The position numbers were made by a program, and so were the translations under genes. From positions 228,506-292,505 of the forward strand of contig NIVC01000288.1 of NCBI GenBank assembly GCA_002269645.1: a stretch of 64,000 bases of DNA, written 5' to 3'. Origin of the DNA: Macrostomum lignano (taxonomy: Eukaryota). Of the stretch, positions 47,050-62,329 are shown piece after piece (within the stretch, counting starts at the first letter, position 1; every line of letters starts with the position of its first letter). A model generated the notes under the pieces. That model was not told the origin of the DNA. It saw only the letters and a program-made list of their open reading frames with translations, and did no database searches.

Positions 47050-48900
47050 GTCACGAACGCCGCCACGCCACCGACCGAATCCGGAGTGCCAGCGTCAGCC
47101 AGCAGGCAGTTGCTCAAACGCCGAGTGCGCACCTGTCCCCGCCAGTAGGGTGCCTGCAATGTCAGCAGAAGCACCTCGATGCTGTGGGCAGTGCGACTCT
47201 GCGCGGCTGAAATCGCCGGCGGCGCAACAGATCGCTTGGACGGACCAGGCCAGTGCGATGATACAGTGCCGCGTTAATTGGTCATTCACTCGTCGCCGAT
47301 TTTGAAGGCGGTGCACAGCAGGCCAGCGTGCGCCCCCGTCTACTTCTTCATCACTCTGGCGACCTCAGTGGCCACACAGTGTATGCCACATTCTCGTATG
47401 CACCTCGAACCTCGTCCGGACGCAGCGCTTTCCAACCCAGTGACTGTTAAGCGAGCCTCACAACGTCGGTTGTGCTGACTGGTTGCAACTCTCTTCTTGC
47501 GACAATGGTATTTCCAGCGGCAGCGTCAAATTGTCTGGCAGCGAGATGGTAGTTCGTTTCTGCACTGGACCTCCGAGTCACCTTCCAGGTTTAGCGGAAT
47601 GCACCGCTTTCGCCCCGTCAGAGCGTTGATGACAGAACAGGCCACGCGACCTCTGGCATCAAGTCCAGCGGCAGAGACGGTCTCAATGGCGTCGTCAACA
47701 GCAACCTGCTGGCACTGCAGATAGACAGCCGCCGAGGCCTCCTCTCCCTTGCCAGTTAGTCGCCTGCTCAAACAAAGCCTTTCAATTTCTCCCATTGCTT
47801 GCCGAATCATAGGCTTGTGCGGCCATACTGGCAGCCCATGCTTGGCCGGTCACATCATCAATTAGACTGTCTGATCCTTAGCGGCTCAAACTTTAGCACA
47901 CACTTCAGTGTACTCGGCATCTCCACGCTTGCCGCCGAGCGCAGTGATAAAAACACTGGCAAATTGGTCTCTTGGTGGGTGGTAATAGCGGATTGCGAAG
48001 ACGTAGATCAAAGACGAGGAGACGATAATCGGACCGCAGAGCCAGCGTTGTGATGGTGCGGCGGCGCTCACGAAAGCGTACAAACACATGATCGAATAGC
48101 GCTTGCTTTTGGTGTTGTGTTCTGGCCACGTGCGTTCTGCCATTTCTGCTTGCGGCCTACGAAGTTTGCGCATCCGACCAGTGGCTTGCGGAAGTGGGTG
48201 TCGGCCAACACCATATCCTGCCTCTCTAGAAGTCGTCCAGATCTCTGGTGTGGCCGTTCTCACGCGGTGTCACAAACAGTAACTGCTTGGACCTACGCAG
48301 AATCGCATTCAGGTCTCTGCGGATGACCACCTCTGCACTGTCACGCTTCGCCGTTACGTCCACTCGCCAAGAAGTTTTGAGCCTCATCAGGAAGGGTGGC
48401 AGAGGGCACGTACGTGAAGAACAGGCGAGCATTCCGGCTGCGAAGACGGATGTCGACCAGAAGTAGCCAAGAGGACAGGGAGATGCAGCGACAGCTACAG
48501 CCTCGGTATTATCACCTCCCCAACCCCTCCACGGCTGCGCTGGTCTACCGATGTGTATAGTAGAGGGTTCATCCGGCGCCAGGTTCTCACAGTAAAGAGA
48601 TAGATCAGCCTTGATAGACACCCCCTGCAGCGCGATCCTTGAGACGCAGTTCAGCGTCCCGACCCTAATTGAGCCCTGTGGTACGGCTGGGGCTCGATGC
48701 AGTTGAGCCTCACGGTCCCTGGCTCCGCCCAGAAGATCCGCATAGGCCAGCGCAGCAGCCGCTTGGTGGGCAGTACCACGTCGCCGAACGCGCCGATTTC
48801 GTTCACGCCGACGCTTAACACGCCGAAGTTCGCGCCGCTGCTCTTGCTTGGTAGTGCCGTCGCATCAGTAAAGCGCGGCCGACCATCTTGACCGCTTGGA
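47050..48900 (-). mobile_element. Degraded RTE-like LINE with internal deletion of the RT core
   Basis: Broken frames give endonuclease-like (RRDLNAIL), tether (INALTGRKR.IPLNLEGD), RT start (KALRPDEV..IHCVATEVARVMK), then directly the post-RT GAHAGLL..AF and RAESHCPQ segment shared with 52712-53205. Confidence 0.7.
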
Positions 48901-49784
48901 GGTCGCGACAAATACTTGCACTAAGGTGCAAATAAATTCAGCTGATGGTGTTTCTCCATACCTTACTGATCGATGGTCTGGATTGCTTCCCAAAGCATCA
49001 AAGGAGGGACTGTTTGAACTCGAAGGTTCTCAAAAAGCCCCGAATGTCGCTGATGGATGGGTAGAAGAACGTCTTTATTGTACAGAGGTCCAGTCACTAT
49101 CCAGCAGTAACTCAGCTGCATGTGACAGTCGATGGCACTCTAAACTCCTCGACAACAAATAGTTGCTTCTTGACACAGATGAACAATTTCACAAAACAAG
49201 GCTTTTGACTGCGGTTGCAAGACCTTTCAGAAGAAAATGGAGGATTGGCTTCATCTGGGTAGGCTGCGTAAAAAACCCAGAGAGTTTAAAGCGGCGGTAA
49301 TTCCGGTAATTCTTGTCCGGATAGAAGAGATATTTGTCAGAGTTTGCATGACCTGAAACAGAGGAAATTATCCGTGCAAATTAGCAAGGGATAACAGAAA
49401 ATCGCAATATCTTTTTTTCCAATTGTATTGCCTAGGTTAGCTCGGACTATAGCGCTCAGCTCTCTTGCCCAACGCGACTTTAGTCGACTCTCGTAAAATG
49501 CATGCTAAAAAACTAAAATGTAGCTTATTGGTCAGTCAATGTAGCATGAATGTACGACAATAGGCTCTCACATTCACAAAAGTTGGGTTGTTGGGACCTT
49601 GCTTGGCAAAGAAGGAAACAGACAAAAAGCCACAGGTTCTGCGCCTCTCAAAAATACTGAATAATTGAGGAGCCATTTGCCTACGGTGACTGAAAACAGA
49701 GGCCTGCAGCAAAAAAGCTTTTAACTACCTGTTGCAAAGTAACGTGCCTTAACAACTAAGCTGCATCTTTTGTCACTGTAGGAA

Positions 49785-50758
49785 ATGCATTCTTCATTGA
49801 AGTCCTCTGCTCAGCTTCTGAGCCTCATCACAGCTATAGTTTCTTCTTCTATGATGAGCAGCGCGGCCAGATTCGAGCTGCAGCTCGGTGCCGCAGTCAA
49901 CCGAACTCTCCCAGTCGCGTTTGAAGTCGCGCACAGCTTCAACCAGCGTCACTGCTCTCAGCTGTGCTCACAAATAGCCGAGTGCTTCGGATTCTACTCG
50001 GCGCAGAACAAGGCGGGACCCTGCGGACTGTTCAACGCGACCGCCTTCTACTGGAAGAGCTCGTGGACAGCCGCCGGATCGGAGCAGCAGTTTGACGTCT
50101 TCGTGATTGATGTTTGTGAGTACATGCAGCAGTTTCTTCTCACTTCTATCCTACATACACTGACTATCTCAAACCTACATGTACATTCAAATCTTAGAAC
50201 TAAATTTAGGCACTAATTATGCCATCAGCTTTCCGCTCAGTAATCCTTGATAAACGTTTTTCCTGTTGCACAGGTACCTTCTGTAGCAAAAACGAATAAG
50301 ATTCATCGTTACATAGTTGTCCCTATGTCACCCTCCTTGCAGACAGCAGTTCGGACAAGCAGAAGCTGAGCATTTCAAACTGCACTCAGAGTTCCAAGCA
50401 TGGCGGCGACGGTGTGTGCACCAAAGCTCTTGACAACAACACGAATCAAATCTTTGCCGCTGGTTCATGCAGCCATACTGACGCAATCCCGAACCAGTGG
50501 TGGGAGGCCCAGCTTCTGCGACAGTCCATTGTTTCTCACGTAGTCATCTACAACAGACAGGATTGCTGCTCAGAGCGGTTGAACAACTTTGAGCTGCTTG
50601 TGGACGGCGTCCAGTGCCGCAGCGTCAACGTGTCGGTGCCGTTCTCTGTTGGCAACTTCACCTGCCAGATGGCCGGATCCAGGATTCGAGTCCAGAGTCG
50701 CCGTAGCGATGCTCTCACGCTGTGCGAGTTCGAGGCATACGGGATTTACTTTCCTTGA
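49785..50758 (+). CDS. Secreted PAN/apple-like + F-type lectin, copy 3 (248 aa); exons 49785-50115, 50343-50758
   Basis: Intact frame across a phase-1 GT-AG intron; ALDNN, H-x26-RQDCCSER, LCEFEAYGIYFP. Confidence 0.9.
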
Positions 50759-51869
50759 CTGATTGGTTGAATTTTCGAGCTCATGTGATCCACACAGGAA
50801 GTGTCGAAGCGAGAATCAAACTCATTATTAAGCTAAATTGACACAATTGCGCGCATGTTTAACAGAACATACTGTTTCATAAGCATGAGGAGCTATTTGT
50901 CAACAGTTTTTAAATTTACTAGCTGGTAAATTTCCGTACATTATCATTTCTGAATTGACTTCGGATTTGATGAGACAGTTTTCGTAAATTATAATATTAA
51001 CATCTGCTGCTGATAATTTTAACTCTTCACCGAACTGAATTTACGGTATTTCTTTACTCGTGAAAATATTGCACCAATATTTATTTTTCGGTAACAATAC
51101 TGCTTTTTGCTGAATAGTACCTTTCTTTTCATCAACAAAAAAAACAACAAAAAGGCAATGACACTGGGAACTAAAAAACGTTTAACTTTAAAAAAAGTAT
51201 TTTAATGGCGCCAAGGTAATAGCGTTACATGATTTATTTGACTCTTTGTTTTAATGGCACCGCAGTAGCAGTTGCACCATTGCATAAGTAGATTCTCGAA
51301 ATACCTAAATGTCACTGATGATTTGAGGACAGGACGCCTTCAATAGGCTTAGCCACTGTTTTGCTTCTTTTAATATTCACCAGCTTGGCCACTCAGTCCC
51401 AGAAAATCCAGATCCTAATTTTACTTTTTACAAAAAAAAATTTGCACTTTGAAATTTTTACTTGGTGCGTGCTTTTTTTAGCTACTAATAACCTATTATG
51501 AAACGCACCTAATTTATAAAGTACTTTATTATCTATCAAACAATAATGTAAATTTGTTATAACTCATTTGCTATAATGTATTGTCAACTTTCGGAAATTT
51601 CCGGAAAGCCTGTACACTATAAATATACGAGACCAAACGGTATGTCACTCAAGACTCTTCGTGACAATTACACCAAGAATCAAATCTATTAGCTCCTTAC
51701 AAGACAACCTAGAAAGGCAATATCGTTTTCATGTTGCTTAAGGTTGCTACAGACGCTGCAGTGCCCGTCGATGGCGCACTTTAATTCCTGGAACGAATTG
51801 GCCAAACATAGTTGCCTTGAGGCGGGGGCCTCGAACTGCGACTAAGAAAACCTTCCAGAAGACGATCGA

Positions 51870-51920
51870 GATGCTCTCACGATATGCGAGTTTGAGGCAT
51901 ACGGGATCTACTTTCTTTGA
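51870..51920 (+). pseudogene. 3' remnant of a seventh F-type lectin copy (DALTICEFEAYGIYFL*)
   Basis: 51 nt closely matching the last codons of copy 3, followed by the shared TGACTGG start of the 3' UTR. Confidence 0.7.
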
Positions 51921-51927
51921 CTGGTTT

Positions 51928-51990
51928 TTAGCCTAGTGGTTAGAGCGTGGGCTCGCGGCTGAAAGGTTGGGGGTTCGATTCTTGACCTGC
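51928..51990 (+). other. tRNA-like Pol III promoter head (probable SINE head, not a functional tRNA)
   Basis: A box TAGCCTAGTGG and B box GGTTCGATTC at tRNA-like spacing; no acceptor stem found. Confidence 0.5.
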
Positions 51991-52559
51991 GCAATAGCTG
52001 CAGCAATAATAGCAGGGAGATAATGAAAAGAACAAACATTATAACTTTCAAATTAGCTTGATGTTCAATTTTTCAGAGGAGTTTCTTTTGAAAATCATAA
52101 ATATATATATTTTAATACGAGTTAGTCAAATTAGTCCTTTTTACCTTTTAAACTTTCGAGAAAATAGGAAGCGTTGTTGGTTAGAAGAATTATCCGCTCA
52201 CTATTGATAACCAACCTACGAGTATTTACAAGTAATATGAAATTTTCATCTTTGAAAAGAGCCAAGCATAAAAGCTGAACTTGGCAGATCTTTTTGTATG
52301 TAAATGGAAGAAATCTTTTGAAGCTAAGACAGTTTCAGAGGTGGTCAGTAAATCTAAATATTGAATATTACTGTTCAAGCCACCATCGAATGAGGCCAAT
52401 TTTTACGTCATCATATTTTTTTCCAGTGACTTGCAAATATTCTTTGTGTGTTTATATATCACTCTTTCGAAATTGGAGCCTCATTTGATGCTGTTGCCAA
52501 CGAACCTTTACTCGCTACGAAAAAAAAACAATTTAATAGGCGAACGAAATTATTTTATT

Positions 52560-53422
52560 AGAGACAGGGGGTTGTTTGCACCCTGGCGCACTTTAAGCGA
52601 CTTTGCATTACTGCCCGTTCCCCCGACATTCCCTGAGTAGGATGTCGAACATAAATACAAGCGCGCGGATACGTACGCAGTCATACGCACAGGAGGCAAA
52701 CACTCACTCAACAGCAACAGAATACGCGTTCAGCATCACAGGGCGCGCCTCAGGGCCAGGCCGTATCCGCAGCCAGTAGGAAGTGGACGAAACACCGAGT
52801 GCGAACCTGCCCCGCGGGTAGGGTGCCTGCAGCGTCAGCAGCAGCACCTCCTGCACCGGCTGTGGGCAGTAGGACTCGGCGCGGATGATGTGGCCTGCCA
52901 GCTGGAATCGCCGACGGCACAACAGGTCACTCGCTCGTAGCAGATATTGAAGGCCGCACGCAGCAGGCCAGCATGCGCCGCGTCAGCTTGTTGCTCGAGC
53001 GACTCTGTCAGCGTCCACGTCTCGGCGTTGTACAGCAGGACGATCTCGATCACTGCCTGAAACAGCGCCGCCCTCTGGCGGTCGGGTAGGGCCTTTGACT
53101 GCAGAACTGCCCTCACAGAACAAAAGGCAGTCCAGGCAAGCCCGCAGCGATGCCGCAAATCTTCGCGGACGCCGTGAACCAGACCGCCGAGATAGACGCT
53201 CGCTCCACTCCGCTAGGAGTGTACAGCGGCCCAAACTTTATTTATCGTTAGGCATGTACACTTCACTGTGCCTTGGGGGTTGGCACTGAATGGCGTTAAT
53301 TGCACGATCAGACCCAAGCTGAGATTCGAATTCAGCCCCAAATTAATGTGACTGCACTTGGAGTCGAGCCTGGGCCGCTGGCATATCAGAGCGCCGCGCT
53401 GGACCACCGGGCTACAGCCCCC
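52560..53422 (-). mobile_element. tRNA-derived SINE, copy B, interrupted by an RTE fragment
   Basis: Head GGGGCTGTAGCCCGGTGG..GGCTCGACTCC (A/B boxes); body and 3' part match copy A on both sides of the insert. Confidence 0.75.
52712..53205 (-). mobile_element. 5'-truncated RTE-like LINE 3' end
   Basis: YLGGLV.., GLAWTAF, LLYNAETWTLT, DAAHAGLLRAAF and RRRFQLAGHIIR are typical RTE C-terminal motifs. Confidence 0.8.
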
Positions 53423-54135
53423 GCTAATGGAAAGTCAATCACTGATGGACGGATCCACTACTTTTACTGCTTCGAAAATCAATATTGGCAGAATATTTGG
53501 GGCCGCCACGACGCAATAGTAGATTATTTAGTATGTGACTGAGATTGCAAAAATATGCAATATATTTCATAATTTTAGAAGGGCATTGTAATTATATGTT
53601 TCTGTATTATGCTCAACGCAGATGTCATTATGCCACCCAATTCACTCTAAGGCAAAAAAAATTCACATGATGAAATCGGGAAACCACATGGGGAGCAATT
53701 ATAAGATAATGGTAAAAAATAATTGCCATTGTGTCGATGTAAAAGCATACCGCGACCTTCTGCGAAATTTTCCCACAACCAGTGAGGAAATTCTACCTAT
53801 TCCGTTGTCAAGTTAAAATATGCAGTTTACCGACACTTACAAAAAACTTTGCCTGCAGGAGAAAAAGAGCTCTCTGGAAAAAAGGCAGACGAGGCAATTA
53901 GTAAAAGTCCTTGAAAGAAGAGAAGCTGCGCAAAAATTTTGTTTGCCAACGGAGGCTCAGCAGCCACAAGCTGTGCTACTCGAAAGGCAAAGAAATTTTC
54001 ACTCCTAGGCATGCTATCGCATTTCGTTGCTATGGTAAAACAAAAAGCCTTTGAGCATACACGAAAAGGTTTAAACTACCGGTTGGAAACGCGCCTGCAC
54101 AATTAGGAAACCATATCTCCCTCACTGTGTAGGAA

Positions 54136-55185
54136 ATGCAGTCTTCAATGAGAGCCTCTGCTCAGCTTCTGAGCCTCATCACAGCTATCGTTTCTTCTGC
54201 TCTGGTGAGCAGCGCGGCCAGATTCGAGCTCCAGCTCGGTGCCGCAGTCAACCGAACTCACCCAGTCGCGTTTGAAGTCGCGCACAGCTTCAACCAGCGT
54301 CACTGCTCTCAGCTGTGCTCACAAATAGCCGAGTGCTTCGGATTCTACTCGGTGCAGAACAAGGCGGGACCCTGCGGACTGTTCAACGCGACCGCCTTCT
54401 ACTGGAAGAGCTCGTGGACATCCGCCGGATCGGAGCATCAGTTTGACATCTTCGTGGTTGATGTCGGTAAGTGTCGGCTCGTGCTCATCACTAGCCTACA
54501 TGCAAAACAAACCTAGGTGTAGTGGTAAGAGCATGGAGCTCAGCCTCTCAGTAACGTAAGCGTTTTTCTTCAACTTAACGGTTATTGCGTCGCAAAAACT
54601 ACTTCAGCAGTTGCGCTGTTTTGAAGTCCAACTACAAGAACAAGAACATGACAACGAGAACAACATGTGCCAAGAAAACTCTTCCTGTTTTGCTTGGGTC
54701 TTGGCCTTGTTTGCTAGGGACGAAATATGGATGTGTCAATTGGTGCAGCGTTCTTAAATTTATATACATGCTGTCTTTTTGCAGACAAAAAGAAGCTGAG
54801 CTTGACAAGATGTTCTCAGAGTTCCCTTGGTTACCGCGGCGTCTGCACCAGAGCCATCGATGGCAACACGAACCAAGCGTGGAGGTCTGGTTCATGCAGT
54901 CATACTGGCGAAATCCCGAACCAGTGGTGGGAGGCCCAGCTTCTGCGGCAGTCCATTGTTTCTCACGTAGTCATCTACAACAGGCAGGATTGCTGTGCAG
55001 AGCGGTTGAACAACTTTGAGCTGCTTGTGGACGGCGTCCAGTGCCGCAGTGTCAGCGTGTCGGTGCCGTTCTCTGTTGGCAACTTCACCTGCCAGATGGC
55101 CGGATCCAGGATTCGAGTCCAGAGTCGCCGTAGCGATGCTCTCACGCTGTGCGAGTTCGAGGCATACGGGAATTACCTTCCTTGA
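54136..55185 (+). CDS. Secreted PAN/apple-like + F-type lectin, copy 4 (243 aa); exons 54136-54466, 54785-55185
   Basis: Intact frame, phase-1 GT-AG intron; AIDGN, H-x26-RQDCCAER. Confidence 0.9.
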
Positions 55186-56817
55186 CTGGTTCGAGTGATT
55201 CAGTGCGTGTGTTAATTATTTAGCGAGTTGACGAGTCAAAAATCGATTGCGATAAGAATTCAGACTTTGAGAGAAGCTCTAATTGAGTAATCAAACCTTT
55301 GTCTAAGCAAAAATTTTTCGACATGTCGAGTTTACAATTTTTTATACAAGTACTTCAGGTTTTTACCGGTTTGACGAAAGTTGAAATTTGTTGAGAAAAA
55401 CTGGTTGAAATTTGTTATATTTGTCCTGTTCTTTTGGAATATTACCAATATTACTCATTATTCCCGATATTATTCCACAATTATTGTCACCGTGTATTTT
55501 CTCGCTTAAAATCTGGGATAAATGAAAAATGTACTAAGGGAATTTTCCGCAGGATCCTGTCAATAAATTATGCGTGTTTGAATATTGCTTGGCCAAATAC
55601 AGTTTTCGTTAACAGTAAACACTAACTACAAGTAATTAGTATAACAACGAGAGAAGGTTTTGAAACACATCGCGACGCTGTTGAGGCAGTCAAGCATCCA
55701 ACAAAGTTATAAATAGTTATACTGCTCTCTTTCTTGGAAGTACAGTATAGCTTCTGCTTTCTTAGAAATTACTGTATTTCAAATTTCCGCTAAATCTTTT
55801 ATAATGTAATGTACGAGCTATTAAAATCACATTTTACAAAAAAATTGTTAGAATCTTTTCCAAAATGTAGTATAAATAGAAGGCCAGAAACTGAGAGGTC
55901 AAAAACAACGTTCCAACATTCCAAACATTTGAAAAAACTTTTTGTCGACTTTTCAACTCGATCGCTAAAATTAAAGCGATCGAGTACTTTACTTTCCCAA
56001 TACTTTCCCAGCTTTTGAAACAGACTTTATTCATTTCCTTAGGTCATTGGGAGAATTTATCAGAGAAGGTCATTGTATCACAGCCGTGACTCTCTGATCC
56101 TGTGAAACGCCCTGACTGAGAGACATTCTCCATAGGAGTAATTAATAAATGTTAGAGATAGTCAATAGTGCCAAATAATAACTCAGACCTGAGATACACA
56201 TACAGTGTACGCTACTTGCAGTAGATAATACTGTATACGCTACCGGCTATACGTGATACATCAGTAGTAAAAGTACATTAGACATACGTGCCAGGAAGTT
56301 ACCATACGTCCGTGCCATGTTATGCAAAAGTTAGGCATATGAAGCGGAGCAGATAGCAGCCCAGCGATAAAACGCGTCTGACTCTCGCCCTACAACCTCG
56401 ATCTATACCTGTTTCCATCCCGTGCGCGGCAATATGTGCACAAAAATTTGACCTGGGGACTGTGGCCAACTCTCAAGCTGGGTTAGAAAGTTGATGATTT
56501 GAAAGTCAGGGCCGCTGAACACCCTGAGTGTATTTATGAGTACGTCTGCGTACAGCATTGGCGCGCTTGTATGTGCTCAGGAGTGAGCGGAATGAGCAGA
56601 ATTGCCTCATTCCTGGCTGTGAGATGAATAGATGCTTCCAAGTCATGGACGTCCTCCCTGATGTCCATGCTTTACGACCCAAAGGCTGTTATGTGATAAG
56701 AATAATATCAGAAAAATGGTCAAATAGCTCGTGTACATGTTCAGTAGGCATATGAACGGTAACGGAAAAATGCAACGTATTTCGACTAAAGTTAACAACA
56801 ATAACAACAACAACAAA

Positions 56818-58678
<1,861 letters not shown>

Positions 58679-59775
58679 CAACGCAGCCTCGCATGCAAGG
58701 TCATAGAGCAGGGCGTGTCAGATGGCTCGTTTATTTACTTCTTAGCTTTTACGGTTGCATTTATTCATTAGAATATTGAAACAAATCGTCGATATTTTCG
58801 TTATAAAGGAAAATATTAAATAAAAATTCAATTTAAACTGCCAATTGCCTGCAGCTATTGTAACATGCTCTGACGAAAAAAGAACTTCTAGTTTGTCTTT
58901 ACGCGTCACAAGACAATGCTAGAACATGAAAGAAGGGCGAGTGAAAAAAGACAAATCATACATGTTGTACGCTTCAAAAAGGCTTCGGTAAATAATCCAA
59001 CCTTTTCATTTTGAGATGTACTATGAGTAAAACAAACTTCGATTAACTTGGCTATAGATTAAGTTAGATATGATTAGCTAGAGGTTCATAAGATTACATG
59101 TAAAAATAACAACATGTAATTTGTCTTTTAGTCTTTTAATTGGCCTTTAGTCTTTTAATTAAATCAGAGCGACAGTCAAGGGATCGTTGAACAAAGTCTG
59201 CAGACCAGTATAACTAACCTCCATGAAGTACATCACAATATCATTTTTAAGTTGAAGATCGTCAAAAATTTGATCAGAACTCATGCTACAGAGATTGCCT
59301 ATAATAAGTTCAAAAGAATGGAAAACTAATAGTTAACCTTTCAAAACATGACCATGCAGCGTGTGGATTTGTTTCCTTAAAAAACAATAACTTCTAAGAA
59401 ACGATCCTATCCAGCTACAACATCTAGCCATCTCTATCGAGAAAAATTAACGAGATTGCGTGACTATATAGTATAGCAAAGGAACAGAAGTTTTAACTTG
59501 ATTTTTTACTACAGGGGTTTCATGCAGCAGAGACTTTGTTGTACGCCCCAGAAGCCTATTCTCTGTTTGCAGTAATCCTCTACAGCAATCCTACGTCGAT
59601 GACATTTATGTACTTTTAAATTACATCGACGTTCAGACGACGTACATGTATGACTTCTTTATCCGTCGATGTAATGTTAAAAGCACATACTTTGTTTGCA
59701 ATTCAGAAAACCAGAAGGTACTAAAAACTGACAACTTCCTATCCTGCATTTCTTACATTTGTCGACTCAGAATTC

Positions 59776-61607
59776 TCAAGGAAAATAGATGCCGAACGCT
59801 TCAAACTCGCAAATGCAAAGCGCATCGTTCAGGTTATTCTCAATCCGAATTCTGCTGCCAGCGCCCAGCCAGGAGAAGTTGCCAACTGAGAATGGTGTCG
59901 ATCGGCTTACCTGGGCGCATACGGCATCGTTCACCAACAAGGAGAAGTTGTTAAGCCGCTCGACACAGCAATCCTGGCGGTTGTACAGGACCACGTGCGT
60001 GACAATTGACGGTTGAAGCAATTCAGCCTCCCACCATTGATTGGGAAATTGGTCCGTGTGCGTGCAGGATCCTGCAGAATAACTTGGATTATTGTTTCCA
60101 TCGATAGTTCGACTACAAACTGCCGAGTATAGCACTGAGCTCTGGCTGCAGTTGGAGATGGAGAGCTGCCGTACTGTCCAGTCTGAAATAATTGATATTC
60201 CGGGATAGTTAGAAATCTTCCTGATCTGACAATCTGCTAGCTACTACTTCCAGTAGCATAACAATCCAGAAATAAGCAAACATTTTTGGGCTATTTTCTG
60301 CTCGAACATGGCTCATCATGGTGCCATCAAGACACGCACCAGGGTCAACCCTGTCTAGAGGGTTACAAGTATATCCAGCTGTGTCATTATGTGAATAGAT
60401 AATCAAGAGCTACACTGATACTGTATATGCGAATACGTGCGACTGCTTCCCATGCTTGGACATTCTGTTTCTCAAACTTAGCAGATCTTGTCTCTGTGCC
60501 ATTCTTAGCAGATCTTCTCAATCTGCTCGGTTCTTGCAGGATCTTCTAAGATGGGAGGTACATTTTTTCGTTATTCATTTGGCTAAAGTGTTCTAACTGA
60601 ACTATATTTTATTTTATGACAAAATAGGACAATAAATAAAAAAATATGCGATTCGAAGCTATAAAAGGATATAAAAGCTAAGATCTTGTACGATGTAGCA
60701 AGTCGCCCAGACCTGGTAAGTTTACCTAAGTATTATTATAGCAAAGATCTTGGACGTTCTTGCAATTACTTGCGCAGCAACCCAAGAAGATAGACAAGAT
60801 CTGCTAAGAATCAACAAGTCAATGTCTTCTAGGGGATCTGTGCACATTTCTGTCTCCCATCCCCCTTGCCATTAATAATCCTTATTGCTGAAATGAGCCT
60901 GATAAAACGTCTATAAAACAAACGCTATACTGTTTCAGCACTGGCCACCGCGAAACAAATGGAAAGAGCCCATGCAGTACTGCTTTATATATAATTAATA
61001 GAGATAGTTTTTCAGCTCCTACTGTTAGATAGGGGATACTGGACAGATAGGGGATTGAGGAAAAAGCTACAAAAACAAATTTAAAAAGCTCTTGCGTCTC
61101 TGCGGAAAAGACATGCTAGCTATGCATGCACATTGAACCTTGAGACTCTTGTGTGTCTATTTTAAATTCCTTATAAGGGCCACTCTAAGCACACTTCAGG
61201 CAACCGCAACAACCTTTTGTGATCATATAATGCGATCATCACATGGTGTACCTCTGGCAATCATGCAGGTTTAAAGAAGCTGATTGATACTTACTGCCAT
61301 CAATCACGAAGACGTCAAACTGCTGCTCCGATCCGGCGGATGTCCACGAGCTCTTCCAGTAGAAGGCGGTCGCGTTGAACAGTCCGCAGGGTCCCGCCTT
61401 GTTCTGCACCGAGTAGAATCCGAAGCACTCGGCTATTTGAGAGCACAGCTAAGAGCAGTGACGCTGGTTGAAGCTTTGAGCGACTTCAAACGCGACTGGG
61501 AGAGTTCGCTTGACTGCGTCACCGAGCTGCAGCTCGAATCTGGCCGCGCTGCTCACCAGAGCAGAAGACATGAGCACTGCCGATAGGAAGCTGAGAATCC
61601 GGCTCAT
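59776..61607 (-). pseudogene. PAN/apple-like + F-type lectin, copy 5; in-frame TAG at 61449-61451; exons 61607-61295, 60182-59776
   Basis: CAG->TAG relative to the other copies (RHCS*LCSQ); the rest of the frame and both splice sites are intact; exon 2 is divergent but open, with TIDGN and H-x26-RQDCCVER. Confidence 0.85.
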
Positions 61608-62329
61608 TGCTAGGTTACAATTAGAAGTTTGAAACGGAGCTATTGACTTGCAGGCCACAGCGAATTATTCTATTTTTTCAGTTTATCGCATCCGTATATC
61701 AGACAACATTTATCCGTTTTGGGATGTACGCAAATCTCTTTTCGCTACCATGGAAACTGAGGACCATGCAAAAAATAAAGGCTTCCTTCCCACTGCTATT
61801 TCTATTGGTTTGCGGTGACTAAATAAGTAGATATTTCTCTGACTTGCTGAGCCCTTCTTCCCGCAAGGTACTGTACATGGGTCACGGAGTTGTATTGACA
61901 TTGTACGTGTTACGACAAATTTTCTCATTAAAATTTTGTGGCTAAAAGCAATTTAATTCCGCTTGAGGCTGATCTGCGTTAAAAATTTGAGTTGGGGTTG
62001 CACTCCTCTGCCAATAATTTTTTCATTGGAGCAGTTAATACTCCATTTTACAGAGCATTTATATACTGAATTGTAGGCTATCAGATACTTTATTCTCCAG
62101 GATAGAGTATATGCTTGAGCAATTAAAATGCATCTGCTGTCTGTTTTTTTCTCGCTAGTATTGCATATTAGAGTCGTTAGTAATGCAGCTGTCGCATCTG
62201 TCACAACTGAAAAATGTAAAATGTATAGCTGCCAGGCTTTTGCCTCTCGCAAATAAGCATATGGTCGGAAAATCGTAATGAGTTTCTATCACCTAACTCA
62301 AGGTCAGGTGTCTTGGATTATACTTTATT

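Noticed and set aside
51928-51990. Functional tRNA gene
   Set aside because: A/B boxes are present but no acceptor stem or clear anticodon arm; treated as a SINE head.
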